NCBI GenBank assembly: GCA_964016885.1
Contig: OZ024756.1
Span: forward strand, 7,750,001 to 7,814,000
Source of the DNA: Eledone cirrhosa
Lineage: Eukaryota
Length of the DNA: 64,000 bases
Direction of reading: 5' to 3'
This document shows positions 1 through 14,390 of this stretch, piece by piece. The notes under the pieces are model-generated. The model did no database searches, had not been told where the DNA came from, and was given only the letters and a program-made list of their open reading frames with translations. The translations under genes were made by a program, and so were the position numbers. Positions within the stretch are counted from its first letter, which is position 1. Every line of letters begins with the position of its first letter.

Positions 1-328
1 TACAGGAGAAGGAGGACATCTACGGACCATTGATGAGGAGTTTACAAATCCAGTATCCAAGATACACCTTTAGCTTCATACCCATCATTATTGGTGCTAC
101 GGGTTATATACCAACCCGCTTGGACCAAAGTATGACTGAACTTGGATTTGCGGACAAAAAACGCAGCTCCCTAATTCATAGTCTACAAATGGCTGCGATA
201 GCTGGCACCTTCAAAATTTGCAAAACATTCTTGCGATTCAAGGGATGACAATTTATTTTCTTTTACAACCTTGCCACCAGGAAGGTGGCCGGTCAAAAAA
301 ATATACTCGAAATTAAGAGAAAGAGAAA
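1..328 (+). mobile_element. 3' end (RLE endonuclease tail + 3' UTR) of an R4/Dong-like non-LTR retrotransposon
   Basis: ORF 30-248 (FIPIIIGATGYIP...LQMAAIAGTFKICKTFL) parallels the C-terminus of the next element (FMPVIMGTG...GTVKICKTF); it ends in (TACA)n at 329-400. Confidence 0.8.
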
Positions 329-400
329 ACATACATACATACATACATACATACATACATACATACATACATACATACATACATACATACATACATACAT

Positions 401-3400
401 GATTTATTTAATTGTTATAAAATGGCAAAATACAATCCCTCCATTGGCTATATGAACAGAATGAAGCTACACTGGGACGAAATGCACCCAGAGCTAAATT
501 ATTTCACAGCGAAACAATTACGCCAACAAGCGACGTTATTGAACGTAAAAATAAGATAAATAGTATTAATTGTAAGTCCCCCACAACAAACATGTTATCA
601 ACAACACGTGCTACAGGTCGCCATGCTACTAGACTTCCTAGCAGCCTGGTCGAACAGCGCCTTGAAACAACTATGCCTGTAAGAAACTTGACACCACCTG
701 TACCATCTAAGTCTACCTCAAATGCTGGGGAAAACACTATCGATAATAATAATAATCGATGAAATTTGACACCACGTGTACCATCCGAGTCTACCTCGAC
801 TGTTGTAGAAAATGCTATCGATAATGATAATAAAGAAAAGTATAAACAATTGAAAATTTCCCTCAATAAAATCTTCCAGAGAGAAATTAATTCATGTATA
901 AAATCTCTCTTGCTGAACGTGTTAAAACGACAATGTTTAATAACAAACCAAATGATGAAATATTACGTGTTATTGACGAAATAGGGGATGAATATTTACG
1001 ACGGATAAAAACCCCAACATTTTGGCAAATCAACGCCTGTTTATATGCCTTAGCAACGACAGTGAAGCATTATCTTGGTGATAACAGAGATATTAACAAA
1101 AACAAAACCCCACAAAAAATACCATCATATATAACTAAAATAGAAAAAAAGATTGCTGACCTACGAAAAACCATAGGATATGCGACAATGCTTCTTACAT
1201 GCAAACAAACACAAATAAATCTCACTTCTCACCAACAAAGAGTGAACAATAAAATAGAGACGATGTTTGGTAATAGTAGAACCAGAACTCTTCAATATAA
1301 GCTGATCACCCTCTAACAAGAATTGGGAGCTGCTAGCGAAAAACGCCGATACCTAAAGAAAGTAGATGAAAGAAAAGTTCTTAATAAAAGATTCAGACGA
1401 AACCAAACATCAGTCTATAGAGATATGAAGAACAAAATAATAAGTGTCACTGAGGCCCCATCCCAGAAAGACATAGATTCCTTTTGGAGCAAAATATGGG
1501 GTGAAAAGAGGAATTCAACCGAAAGAACTATTGCTCCTACACTAAAACAAAAACATACGAAATAAGTGAGGGTACCCTTGAGACTGTGATAGGAAAGCTC
1601 CAAGATAAGAAAACACCACGAAGAGGCACGATTGTCGGCTACTGGTACAAAAAAGTGATATTCTATCGGAGGTATCTTGCTAACCTCTACCAACACGTTC
1701 TTAAGGGAGATACACTTATACCAGAATGGTTGACATTAGCACAAACATTACTGGTCCCCAAGAACAAAGACACCCAATTGGCAAAAAACTACCGACCCAT
1801 TGCATGCCAGAACCTGATGTATAAGATGTATACAGCCTGCCTGAACCTATTCCTCCAAGATCACTGTGAAAATAATAACATCATCACAGATGACAAGCAG
1901 CTGGAAAGAAGGGGGTTTGGGGATGTACTGAACAACTCCTAATCAACAAAACTGCAATGTCGGAGGTGCGACAACTTATGAGGAATATGGCTACAGTCTG
2001 GCTGGACTACATGAAAGCTTTCGATTCTATTCCCCACTCTTGGATCATAGAGGCCCTTCAACTTGCTAAAGTCCCAGACATTATTGTCAGAGCCATAAAG
2101 AAGCTGTCTTCTTCTTGGGCTACTATCCTAAGGTTAAAGATAGAGAAGAATGACTCTATTTTCACTGATAATATAAAATATCGCAGGGGTATATTTCAGG
2201 TAGACAGTCTCTCTGTGATATTATTCATCTTGTCATTAAACCCCTTGTCCTTTCTGCTCAAGAAATGTGAGGGATACATCATTGGCTCACAGGAGGACAG
2301 AAATACGAACCTAACCCATAATTTCTTTGTGGACGATTTGAAACTCTATGCCAAGAACATGGATGGGATGAAGAAAAATCTTGACCTGGTTACAACGTTC
2401 TCAAAGGATATAGGAATGGAGTTTGGCCAAGATAAATGCTCATACATGACTGTAAAGCGGGGAAAAACAACAACCCAATCTAGTAACATTGTCATCAATG
2501 GCCTAACTGTTTCACCGATATCTGATGAGGACTGCTACAGATACCTGGGGATAGATGAGAACATATCCTATAATGGTATCTGTAATAAGGAACGCGTAAC
2601 CAGGGAATACTACACCCGATTAAGAAAGATTTGGTCATCGGAACTCTCTGCGCAAAACAAAACAGTGGCTCACAATGTGTTTGCTGTGCCTGTCCTAATA
2701 CCAACGTTTAGAATACTTAATTGGACGATAGACGAAATCCAAGCAGTTGATGTTGGAACTCGAAAAATACTGAACAACACCGGAAACTTCCACATCAACA
2801 GTGACATAGACCGCCTTTACTTGAAACGTAAGCAGGGAGGCAGAGGCCTAACATCAGTCCAGACAGAATTTGAATGTCGCATCATATCCCTCCGACAACA
2901 TCTACGAACCTCGAAGCGTAGGAGCCCGCTTCTCGAGCAAGTCTATCTGCATGAAACAGATAAGATCATGAGAGTTGAGAAGGAACTCCTTGAGAGATAT
3001 TCCCTGTGTGATAATCAAAAACTCATACCCAGGGAAGTCGCTCAGCAGTATCGCAGTGAATCCATAGATGAAAAACTGCATGCTTATCAGCAAAATATCA
3101 TGCATGGATATGTTGCCAGGAAGCTGCAGAGTGAGAGTAATATAAATAAGGAAAGTAGTCTATCTTGGACCAACAACCGCTATATTGGCTCCCACTTTGA
3201 AGGATACGCTTTTGTAATCCAAGAACAGGAGATTAGCACGAAATACCTGATTCACAAAAGAGATAGGGATGTAGGCAAAACACCCAGATGTGATAACAAG
3301 TGCAGATTCTGCCGAACTAACGTCGAGGATATCACCCATGTCATCAGCAGCTGTCCAAAGATGTCATTGCGGTACTATCTACCTATGAGGCATGATGTAG

Positions 3401-4110
3401 TGGCCAAAACACTGTACAATGCAGTCCGTAAAAAAGATAGCCCCGATAATAAACACATTAAAAGCTACAGCAATGTGGAAGACATCCATGTACATAATAT
3501 AAAAGAGTACTGGTGGAATGTTTCAGTAAAAACACCAATAAAATGCAGGCATTATGATATGGGACAGGGAGAAGAAAGCATGCACAGTAGTGGATATTAG
3601 CTGCCCAGCAGATGCCAATATAATATCAAAGATTAGCGAAAAGGAGAATATTTATGCAGAACTGATGAGAAATCTGCAGATACTCCACCCTGATTATACT
3701 TTCAGATTTATGCCTGTGATTATGGGCACTGGGGTATGTTAGTAACTGCCTCAATACAAATCTTGAGAAGCTAGGCTTCACAGGAACAGAAAGAACACAA
3801 CTAGAAGGGAAATTACAAGTACAATCAATTAATGGAACAGTAAAAATATGTAAAACATTCCAAAAATTGTGCATCTAATAACTGCATATACACATGTACT
3901 GATACAAAGCATATACACATGCACACATACAACTCAAAACATCCACATCCACACATACAATATCATCCATATCTACACATGCATGCATGCATGCATAATC
4001 TACCTAGTTGTTGTGTAAATTCCAATGAGAGTCTTGTGTCTATGTTATAAACCGACTCTCTCTCTATTGGTAAAACATTTGTGAAATTATAAAACCAGAA
4101 CACACACACC
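401..4110 (+). mobile_element. R4/Dong-like RLE non-LTR retrotransposon, near full length, frameshifted
   Basis: N-terminal GYMNRMKLHW..TAKQLRQQA, RT motifs NYRPIAC, WLDYMKAFDSIPH, RGIFQVDSLS, FVDDLKLY, YRYLG, GGRGL; zinc knuckle CRFC..EDITHVISSC, RHD and RLE VVDISCP..K...Y. Split across ORFs 894-1316, 1323-1565, 1586-1942, 1957-3600 and 3554-3742. Confidence 0.9.
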
Positions 4111-4409
4111 AGAAGAACATACACACACTCACACACACACGCATACACCTCCCCCCCCCATATATATATATATATATATACAAAAGTGGTATGTTTAGAA
4201 AGTGTTGTTTATTCCCATCCTTCTTTATGAAAACGGGAGTCCGTCCAGAAATCCCCTTTTAATACCAGACCCTTAGCTAGATCTTACAGATAGCATTCCT
4301 TGTCGGTAACTCTTGCTATAAATCTATGTCTATATAGTTCACCTGCCATACAACCATGACATATTATATATCACACACTTGGAACACATCTGGACTAGCC
4401 TTTGCTCCA

Positions 4410-4660
4410 TTACTACTACTACTACTACTACAACAATTACTACCACTACTACTATTACTACTACAATAAATACTACTGCTGCTGCGACTACTGATACTGC
4501 TGTCGCTGTTGCTGCTGCTTCAAATACTACTATTACTACTACTACTACTGATGTTGCTGCAAATACTACTGCTACTATTACTGCTACAAATACTACTACT
4601 ACTACTCCTGCTGCTTCAGCCGCTGCTGCTGCTGCTGCTGCTGCTACAACTACTACTAAT
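4410..4660. repeat. (ACT)n/(GCT)n trinucleotide microsatellite
   Basis: Direct reading; it abuts the SINE tail. Confidence 0.9.
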
Positions 4661-5085
4661 AATGGTTTCTTATATAGGCATAAGGCCAGTAATTTGGGGG
4701 GGAGGGGAAAGTCGATTAAATCGAACCCAGTGCATGACTGGTACTTTATTTATCGACCCCATAAGGATGAAAGGCAAAGTTAACCTCGGCGGGATTTGAG
4801 CTCAGATCATAAAGAGCCGTAACTCTATGCTGCAGAGCATGGCGTCCGACCTTCTACCGATACTGCCAATTCACCAATGTTTCTAGTTTAGGTACAAGGC
4901 CATCAATTTGGGGGGAGGGGAAAGTCGATTAAATGACTACAGTACATTACTGGTACTTTATTTGATCGACCCCGTAAGGATGAAGTGCAAATCAAACGTC
5001 GGCGGGATTTAAACTCAGAACGTAAAGGGACGAAACTGTATATCGCGAAGCCAAGCGTCCGGACGCTCTACCGATACTGCCAATC
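4659..5085 (-). mobile_element. Two tandem tRNA-derived SINE copies (octopus-type family)
   Basis: Reverse complement of the 49359-50425 family: A-box-like TGGCAGTATCGG, B-box GAGTTCAAATCC-like, body CCTTTCATCCTTACGGGGTCGATAAAATAAAGTACCAG. Confidence 0.85.
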
Positions 5086-5451
5086 GCAAACACGTGTTTA
5101 TTTCCCTCTTCCTCTTTATCTCTCTCTCTTTCTCCCTCCCCCTCTCTTCCCCCCTCTTCCTCTCTCTCTCTTTCACTCTCTCTCTCACACTTTCACTCAC
5201 TCACTCTCTGCTACTCACCATCTCTCTCACTTCCTTCATCGACCCACGCCGTACGATATTCTTTCCTCGCTCACATTCGCACGGATAAGATGCGTCTTTG
5301 CCTTCTCGTCAATATTCGCACATTCTTATGTTCAAAATGAATTATTGACTTGATTTTCTCATTGTTTCCTCTCTTTACGTTGCCTCACCATTCGTGTAGG
5401 TTTACCTGTCTCTCTTTCTCCACACAACTCTTTTTATCCCAATATCCTTCG

Positions 5452-5499
<48 letters not shown>

Positions 5500-5507
<8 letters not shown>

Positions 5508-5704
5508 CAGATTAAAGTTTAAGCAAAGAATCGCTGCTTTCACCCTTAACGGAATCTTCTTAAACTAACAAAGTCAATCTGTAAACGCAGAAGTGGATAT
5601 TTAAAAAAACGTTGCAAATATTTGCTCTACGGTTCTTATATATTGGATATATATTTTTCCTTATCGAGCCCTCTTTGGATTTTAGTCTTCAAACTTATTA
5701 TTAT

Positions 5705-5710
<6 letters not shown>
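5500..5710. repeat. Dispersed TA-flanked repeat (second copy 13165-13470, inverted terminus 45719-45760)
   Basis: Near-identical sequence; the 13165 copy has a ~95-bp internal extra segment; both are bounded by (TA)n. Confidence 0.8.
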
Positions 5711-5735
<25 letters not shown>

Positions 5736-5826
5736 CTAAATTGGGATAATACTTAAGTATATCCTAATGTTTGTTGAGTGAGATGGAATTGGTCGGAGTA
5801 TCGTTTAAGGCTTTCTCTGTTTATGT

Positions 5827-5864
<38 letters not shown>

Positions 5865-5870
5865 ACATGT

Positions 5871-5922
<52 letters not shown>

Positions 5923-5928
5923 ACATGT

Positions 5929-5968
<40 letters not shown>

Positions 5969-6370
5969 ACATGAACAGAGAAAGCCTTAAACGATACTCC
6001 GACCAATTCCATCTCACTCAACAAAAATTAGGATATACTTAAGTATTATCCCAATTTAGAGTTTGGGGTGCTAACTAATCAGTATTTCTTTGAAAATTGG
6101 TTGTATTATTTTATATGAGACATTATTAAGTAAATATCTCTTTCCTTCCAGACGGCCGTTTCGTTATAAGATTTCTACAAATTGGGATAAATAATGTCCA
6201 GGTTATGTAGAAACTTGTATATAATCCGTAGTTTCATACACAAGCGGCCTTTTATAAGCTCATCAGTGGATGCCCAAATTAATATCGATATACGAATTAT
6301 ATTGACATCAATATAATGGTGATGGTTTCCCTCAGCGCTAAGAAGAGACCGGTAGATTAAAATCCAGCAT
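5736..6370 (-). mobile_element. pLTR-like fragment with degenerate HHR (6224-6271, minus) and inverted terminal arm
   Basis: Arms 5736-5831 and 5963-6059 are reverse complements around (TA)n; minus strand reads atcca-CTGATGA-stem-GAAA-cTA-cggat. Confidence 0.6.
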
Positions 6371-6421
6371 ATATATATATATTAACAAAAGTTCTCCTCT
6401 GTATGTTGTTTGTCTCATTAA

Positions 6422-6506
6422 TAACGGTTTCTCATATAGGCACAACGCCAGCAATATTGGGGGAGGGGAAAGTCGATTAAATCGACCCTAGTACATTACT
6501 GGTACC
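6422..6506 (-). mobile_element. SINE 3' fragment
   Basis: Matches the 3' part of the 4659 copy. Confidence 0.75.
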
Positions 6507-6724
6507 AGATTAGAGCAAACATCACAAGCGCTCTATCTCAAAATTATTTTTGAAAAGCATTAGAAATGCACAACCGGTAAAGACTTAAAACTAAAACTGA
6601 ATACTAACCAGTACTTATTACTAATTTATACTTATTCCTAACTAAACTATTTTTCACTGGGAAAAATGTCAGCATTTTCTTTTCCTTTTACTAATATATC
6701 ACAACTCGTGTGTTACACCTCTAG

Positions 6725-6810
<86 letters not shown>

Positions 6811-6974
6811 TTATAAAGAAAACGAAAAATCAGTGATGCATCTGGACTTAGTTTATTCCGTGTTACAAATCTTTCGCCGGCATGTAGCTCTAGTCATGGT
6901 GCTTGTATGGATCTGGCTGATTCTGAAATAGAATCACCCAGATCCATACAAGGACCATATATATATATATATAT

Positions 6975-7404
6975 ATATTTATTTAAAGGTTAAACAATGT
7001 TCATTGAATAAATCAAAGAATTAGTTTTACAATAGATTGGAAGCACTCAAGAGTGATGGTTTTCCAGAGTTATTTATATTAATTCAAAATATTAACAAAA
7101 ATAGACATTCGTGTGATCAATTATATTTTATTATACATATTTCAGAGGTACTGAGCTATCTTCAAGGGTACGTCCTCATCAGATAAAATAACATTATGCA
7201 TGACATACCCTGACTTAGTAGATGGTTAAGATTCAGTCATGGTAGTATGACTGAATCTTAACCATCTACTAAGTCAGGGTATGTCATGCATAATGTTATT
7301 TTATCTGATGAGAACGTACCCTTGAAGATAGCTCTGTACCTCTGAAATATGTATAATAAAATATACTTGATCACACGAATCTCTATTTTTGTTAATATTT
7401 TGAA

Positions 7405-7412
<8 letters not shown>
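6975..7412. mobile_element. Fold-back pLTR palindrome with outward-facing HHRs
   Basis: Arms 7076-7240 and 7247-7412 around a 6-nt loop GGTAGT; TA-flanked; HHR motif in each arm. Confidence 0.85.
7298..7362 (+). ncRNA. Minimal type I hammerhead ribozyme (mirror copy 7125-7189, minus)
   Basis: attttat-CTGATGA-stem II-GAAA-tatgta-TA-ataaaat; stem I is 7 bp. Confidence 0.75.
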
Positions 7413-7454
<42 letters not shown>

Positions 7455-7456
<2 letters not shown>

Positions 7457-7906
7457 GGCGATGAATTAGTTTTGCGAGGTTTTTTATATGAAATCGTGTG
7501 TCGAAACAAATATTGTTATAATTGGGGAGGGTCATATTTGTGTAATATTGCCAGAATTAATAACAGAACACACTCACTGTTTGGTTGGTTTTCGCTTTTC
7601 GCTTCTGTGTCTTTTATAACGGTAATCTAATTTATTCGGTCCTCAATGTTGCCATTGACTGACCGGCGGTCAAAAATAATACAGATACAATATAGACACA
7701 AACATATATATGATAAACTATATATATATATGTGTTTTAGTCCTATTGTATCTGTATTATTTTTTACCGCCGGTCAGTCAATGCAACATTGAAGACCGAA
7801 TAAATTAGATTACCGATATAAAAGATACAGAAGCGAAAACCAACCATACAGTGAGTGTGTTCTGTTATTAATTCTGGCAATATTACACAAATATGACCCT
7901 CCCCAA

Positions 7907-7910
<4 letters not shown>
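7455..7910. mobile_element. Head-to-head pLTR/ORF-start palindrome related to the 33669-40822 PLE
   Basis: Arms about 7515-7705 and 7730-7908. The left arm encodes (minus) MTLPNYNNICFDTRFHIKNLAKLI, versus [24 protein letters not shown] in the large element. Confidence 0.85.
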
Positions 7911-7975
<65 letters not shown>

Positions 7976-8005
7976 ATGTGTGTGTACAAATATAAAATAT
8001 ATAAA

Positions 8006-8041
<36 letters not shown>

Positions 8042-8074
8042 AACATGTTATACATACATATGTGTGCGTGTATA

Positions 8075-8126
<52 letters not shown>

Positions 8127-8128
8127 AA

Positions 8129-8179
<51 letters not shown>

Positions 8180-8180
<1 letters not shown>

Positions 8181-8889
8181 GATATATTAACAAATGGAAA
8201 CTATACTTATAAAACCATATTTATTTCATTATACATATTTCAAGGACACCATGTTAAATTATGGTGTGCTTTCATCAGATAAAATATAATATAGATCAGT
8301 TTTATAAATAAATATTGACGTACCCTTAACGAATGCGACCATTTCTGTTGGAAGCTCCCGGATAGTGGGGTTATAAATTTATTTATACTATTATGTAAAT
8401 TAGTGTCGGATATTTTTAAATCACAGTAGATTTAAAATAAGCCGTTGGGGTATGGAGAGAGGGGAAGAGAAAAAAGAAAAAAGAAAAAGCAGCTTTAAGA
8501 GGAAAATAAGAAAACGAGAAAAAGAGAAAGAGAGAAAGAGAAGAAAAAAGAAAAGAGAAAAGAGAAAGCGAAAGAGAAAGCCCTAAGTGATAGGTTGTTG
8601 TATTAGCATACATTTTAAGATGAAGTAAAAAAATAAATATTTTTGGATGAGTAAAGTAAATAAGTAAATAAGCGTGAATGGAAAATACTCGTGAATGGAA
8701 AATGAATTTTAACCAGTGTTTAAATATGATTAAGTGTTTAGTTTATCAATTAAATTATCCATCAAATTATTGAGATCTATACATTAAAAGTTGAGACCTA
8801 TATATTATTAAAAATCTATATATTATTAAAACCCATATATTATTAAAAGAATATATTCATATAAATACGTACGCACACATACATACACA

Positions 8890-8987
<98 letters not shown>

Positions 8988-9410
8988 ACACATACCATAC
9001 ACATAGATAAAGGACTTTTTATGTATAAGATATAGGAATTTTCTTAAACTTATATATTTTTCTGAGAAACCAGAGAAAAAACACGGAGAAAAATATTTCT
9101 ATGTAATAGCAAAACAACGTGAAAGAAATTAAGTTATTTACCTATATTAAATGTTATAAATGTCAAGATAACAAAGGAAATTTAAGATTATAGAAACCTT
9201 ATGTTATAATACAAATCTTATATTATAAATTTTATATTTAGTAAATCCACCTGTTATGTAGTTGTGACTGTTATTGTATAAGTTTGTTTATCACGAACCT
9301 TAAGGAGACCCTTATAACCGAGTGCATTTGAATTGTATGCATATATATATACACACACAACTCCCACATATATAGACATAGACATAGATACACATACAGG
9401 TAGATATGCA

Positions 9411-9507
<97 letters not shown>

Positions 9508-11330
9508 TACAGTACATAGTATAATTGAAGTACATAATTTATAAAAAAACAGATAAAAATGAATTATATACGATTGGAAATATATTCTTACAATTATAAG
9601 CAATATAACTTTAAAGCAATGTAATTTTTTAAAAATATAATTTTAAAAAATTACAGAATATCTTAAGATATAATTTTAAAATAAGAATATGTATAAACAA
9701 TTCCGTATAAAATTTAAATTTTGTATACAATATTTAACTCTCAGTATGTTTAACTTAATTTTATAACTATATGAGAAATTTTCAAAGAAAAAGAAAGAGA
9801 AACTTTCAAAAGAGAAACTTTCAAAAATAGGAGAAACCTTTCAAAGAAAATATTTTCTCCTTTTAAGAGCTTTCGGTATGTTTATCTAGAAAAATTTACT
9901 AGGAAAAAATGTTTATATTTGAGAGTTTAAGCAGTCAAATGAAGGAATCTAATGATTTATCGATAGGTTCAATATATTAATAGAATTAATTATATATTAC
10001 ATTTTAAATTTATATTTAAACGTTGAGTTCAATCTATGTCTGCAGCAACTGAATAGTTTGCTTCTTACATTTAGGGAATTTGCTTTTTAATATAAAGAAT
10101 ATTTCCTCTATACAAAGATCACAATTTTCTGAAGAGGAATTAAAAGGAGTAGCTTATGAAATAATATTCCAAAGTAACGGATATTTAACGTTCTTTAATT
10201 TGAGGTCCCATAATAAGCTACATAGAGAAGTTGAAGATTTTTTGTTTAAATGTGTAAAAGAGCTTTTATGGTTATTAAAGCGAGATTTAAATCTGTGAAA
10301 GTGGATCCTACATAATTAAATGAATTTAAATTAGTTATTACATTACAATTATATACTATATTTTTAGCTAAGCAATTGTTATTTAACGGACAATTAGATT
10401 TATTTCTACAGTTACATTTATCAAATTGGATATTGCTGGGGTTATTAGTGGTATTTTGGTTAGGTTTTAAATTTCTATTATTAATTCTATTAATATTCTG
10501 CGCTAAATTTTTGGTGGATGAATAAGTTAATTTTATAGTATGTCTATTAAAAATTGAGTAATATGTTATGTGTTCTAGGGAAGCATTTGTCAAGAGCTTT
10601 AAAAAATAGTTTAGCAATATGAGTTTTAATATTTAATGAGAAAGGAATAGCGAACCATATATATTCCTAATTCTATTTCTTTTTTTGTTTTCCGAATTAT
10701 TATAAGGTTTTTTATTATAGTTGTTAAAATTGTTAGCATTATGGTTAGTTGTTATATTATTATTATCAATGTATTTAATTTTATTTCTATATCCAGCTCT
10801 ACCTAACGATTCGTTGTAATAGTGTGCTTTATCATCAAATATATTCTTATTAGCTGAAATTCTAGAAATGCGTTGTTGTACAGAATTCACTATAGTATGT
10901 TTAACAGATCTGGCGTGATTAAAATTAACGTAGTTTAAGTTCTCGTTTAGTTTGTGAAAAGGATAATGAAGACATGTGTTAAAGTTTAATGTTACATCTA
11001 GAAAATTAACTATTTTATGGTTATTCTCTATTTCTACTTTTAGATTAAGGTAATTAAAATCTGTATAATTTCTTTTCTTTTCCTATTTAATTCACAGTTA
11101 TTATTTTCGATAAGTAAAAGCATGATCTATATTATATTTTATCTGATGAAAGCACACCATAATTTAACTTGGTGTCCTTGAAATATGTATAATGAAATAA
11201 ATATGGTTTTATAAATATAGTTTCCATTTGTTAATATATCGTATTTTTACTCCAATAATTTGTTGAGTGTTTATATCAGTTATAAAAATATTTCCTTGTT
11301 GTATCCCAACAATTTAAATAGAACTTATAT
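8180..11330 (-). mobile_element. 5'-truncated Naiad-type PLE (RT thumb + GIY-YIG) with 3' pLTR and an inverted pLTR at its 5' end
   Basis: RISRISANKNIF..YYNESLGRAGY, IFNRHTIKLTYS, CxCx5C motif CNCRNKSNC, IVY..YVGST, CDLCIEE..CCRH; pLTR 8180-8298 is the reverse complement of 11123-11241. Confidence 0.85.
11136..11198 (+). ncRNA. Minimal type I hammerhead ribozyme (mirror copy 8223-8285, minus)
   Basis: attttat-CTGATGA-aagcacacca/tggtgtcctt-GAAA-tatgta-TA-atgaaat. Confidence 0.8.
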
Positions 11331-11998
11331 ATATATATATATATATTTATATTATGCTTATATAGCAGAACGTATGTGTAAAAGAAACCACACTGCAATA
11401 ATATGAGTGCACTGTGGCTCACTCTGTGAAACTATAGGACATAAGACTCTTTGTCATGGGAAATCATCTGGCCTATATCTATTCGACTGTAACCAAAGCA
11501 TGCTTCCTGTCCTTGCGTTTGTGTGCCCTCATATGCATCTATGCCTTCAACTCTCTCTTGTTATATTTTGATAAATATATATTTTTTAATTAGATTTTTA
11601 ATTAGTTTTTAATTTCGGTTTTTTAATTTTTTTATTTTAATTTTAATTGTTAATGTTAATTTAGAATTTTTTTTATTTTTTTTTTTATTTTATAAATTTT
11701 TTTATTTTTTAATTATTGTTTAATTAATTATTATTATTATTATTTTTTTTTTTTTAGTATTCTTCCTTTTCTTTTTTCTTTACTGCCTTTACTGATTCCT
11801 TCACATGCATCTATCTCTTGTGTGATTACTTCAGTTTATTTAATTTTATTTTTCTTTGTTTTTCCTTACTCTGACTAACAACCCTATTATGTATCATCTC
11901 TATTCTCACTATTATCCTATGATCCTGTACCATATATCTATTGTTCTTATGATGTAGGTCCGTAGAGCTTATCTTCATTATTGTATTTTTGTTTTTAA

Positions 11999-12045
11999 CG
12001 CTCTGATGAGTACTGCCCCATGGTAGTGATGAAAGACTGTCAGCG
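11999..12045 (+). ncRNA. Type I hammerhead ribozyme candidate
   Basis: cgct-CTGATGA-g-tactgcc/ggtagtg-at-GAAA-gactg-TC-agcg, followed by AATAAA. Confidence 0.65.
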
Positions 12046-12119
12046 AATAAAAATTGATTGATGTTATAAGTGCTCTTTGTTTTCTCTTACTATATGTATA
12101 TATACATGTGTGTGTGTGT

Positions 12120-12151
<32 letters not shown>

Positions 12152-12154
12152 CAA

Positions 12155-12331
12155 TAATTGTTTCTATTTTAGGCACAAGGCCAGCAATTAATCAGTACAT
12201 TACTGGTACTTTATTTTATCGACCCTGTAAGGATGAAAGGCAAAGTAAACCTCGGCAGGATTTGAACTCAGATCGTAAAGGGACGTAACTATGCTGGAAA
12301 GCATGTCCGACGCTCTACCGATACTGCCAAA
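12155..12331 (-). mobile_element. tRNA-derived SINE
   Basis: Same family as 49359-50425. Confidence 0.85.
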
Positions 12332-12521
12332 TGCACAATAATGAGAGGTACACCGATATATGTGTATACATATATTCCCTTGATAAGTCGGCAAACCTCG
12401 CAAAAATGTTACATCTCTATGATATAGGATATTACTTAGTAGCCACGAAACTGTGTAGTCGGGAATTTAAAGAAAAAATGGGTATTTATTTATGTCTAAT
12501 ATTTCTTCTTTCTTTATAATG

Positions 12522-12606
<85 letters not shown>

Positions 12607-12660
12607 TTTCTGCTGCTTAAACCATTTTGTTTGTTTACCCTAGCGTCCCCTTTATTTACG

Positions 12661-12764
12661 TGTCCCAACGACTTTTTTTTACCCGTTGCTCGCACTAACC
12701 TGAGGTATATGGCCTTTAATGCGACGAAATGCTTACGACGGTTGGATGGCCACTGATGAGGACA
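12661..12764 (+). ncRNA. Permuted (type II-like) hammerhead variant, copy 1
   Basis: tgtcc-hairpin-hairpin-c-GAAA-tgct-TA-17 nt-CTGATGA-ggaca; homologous to 55208-55309. Confidence 0.5.
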
Positions 12765-13099
12765 AACTTTTTCATATGTAACCCATTTGCAGCGCCGCAG
12801 CTCCATTATTATCATATATATATATATATATATAATAGACCTATTCCATTCTTTCTTGTTTATCGCTTTCTCTTTAATCCTTCTTCCATTCTTCTGTAAA
12901 CAGGGAATCCGTTCATCATATTTCACTGCAACAGGTACCAATTGCAGGTTCTATAACCTCCTCGAAACAATGCCGACAATACACAACTAAGTAAAATAGA
13001 AGATTAATATTTCCGTATCACCAATGTTGGGATTGTTTCTCATGATTCAATATACATAAGGATGTATCGTAACATATGTATAGGAATTTACGTATATAC

Positions 13100-13169
<70 letters not shown>

Positions 13170-13464
13170 TAACAGATTAAAGTTTAAGCAAAGAATCGGT
13201 GCTTTCACCCTTAACGGGATCTTCTGAAACTAACAAAGTCAATCTGTAAACGCAGAACTGGATATTTCAAAAAACGTTGCAACCGGAGGAAGACAGGAAG
13301 ACGATACTTTGGTTCATGGTGACGTTCGCTGGCAAAGAACGGGAAAAAACGAATAATACGTCATTAATATTTTAATAAATATTTGCTCTTCGGTTCTTAT
13401 ATATTTAATATATGTTTTCCTTATCGAGCCCTCTCTGGATTTTAGTCTTCAATTTTATTATTAT

Positions 13465-14390
<926 letters not shown>

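Noticed and set aside
10020-10420. Selenocysteine-encoding Naiad
   Set aside because: The conserved Cys positions I could read use TGT/TGC, not in-frame TGA.
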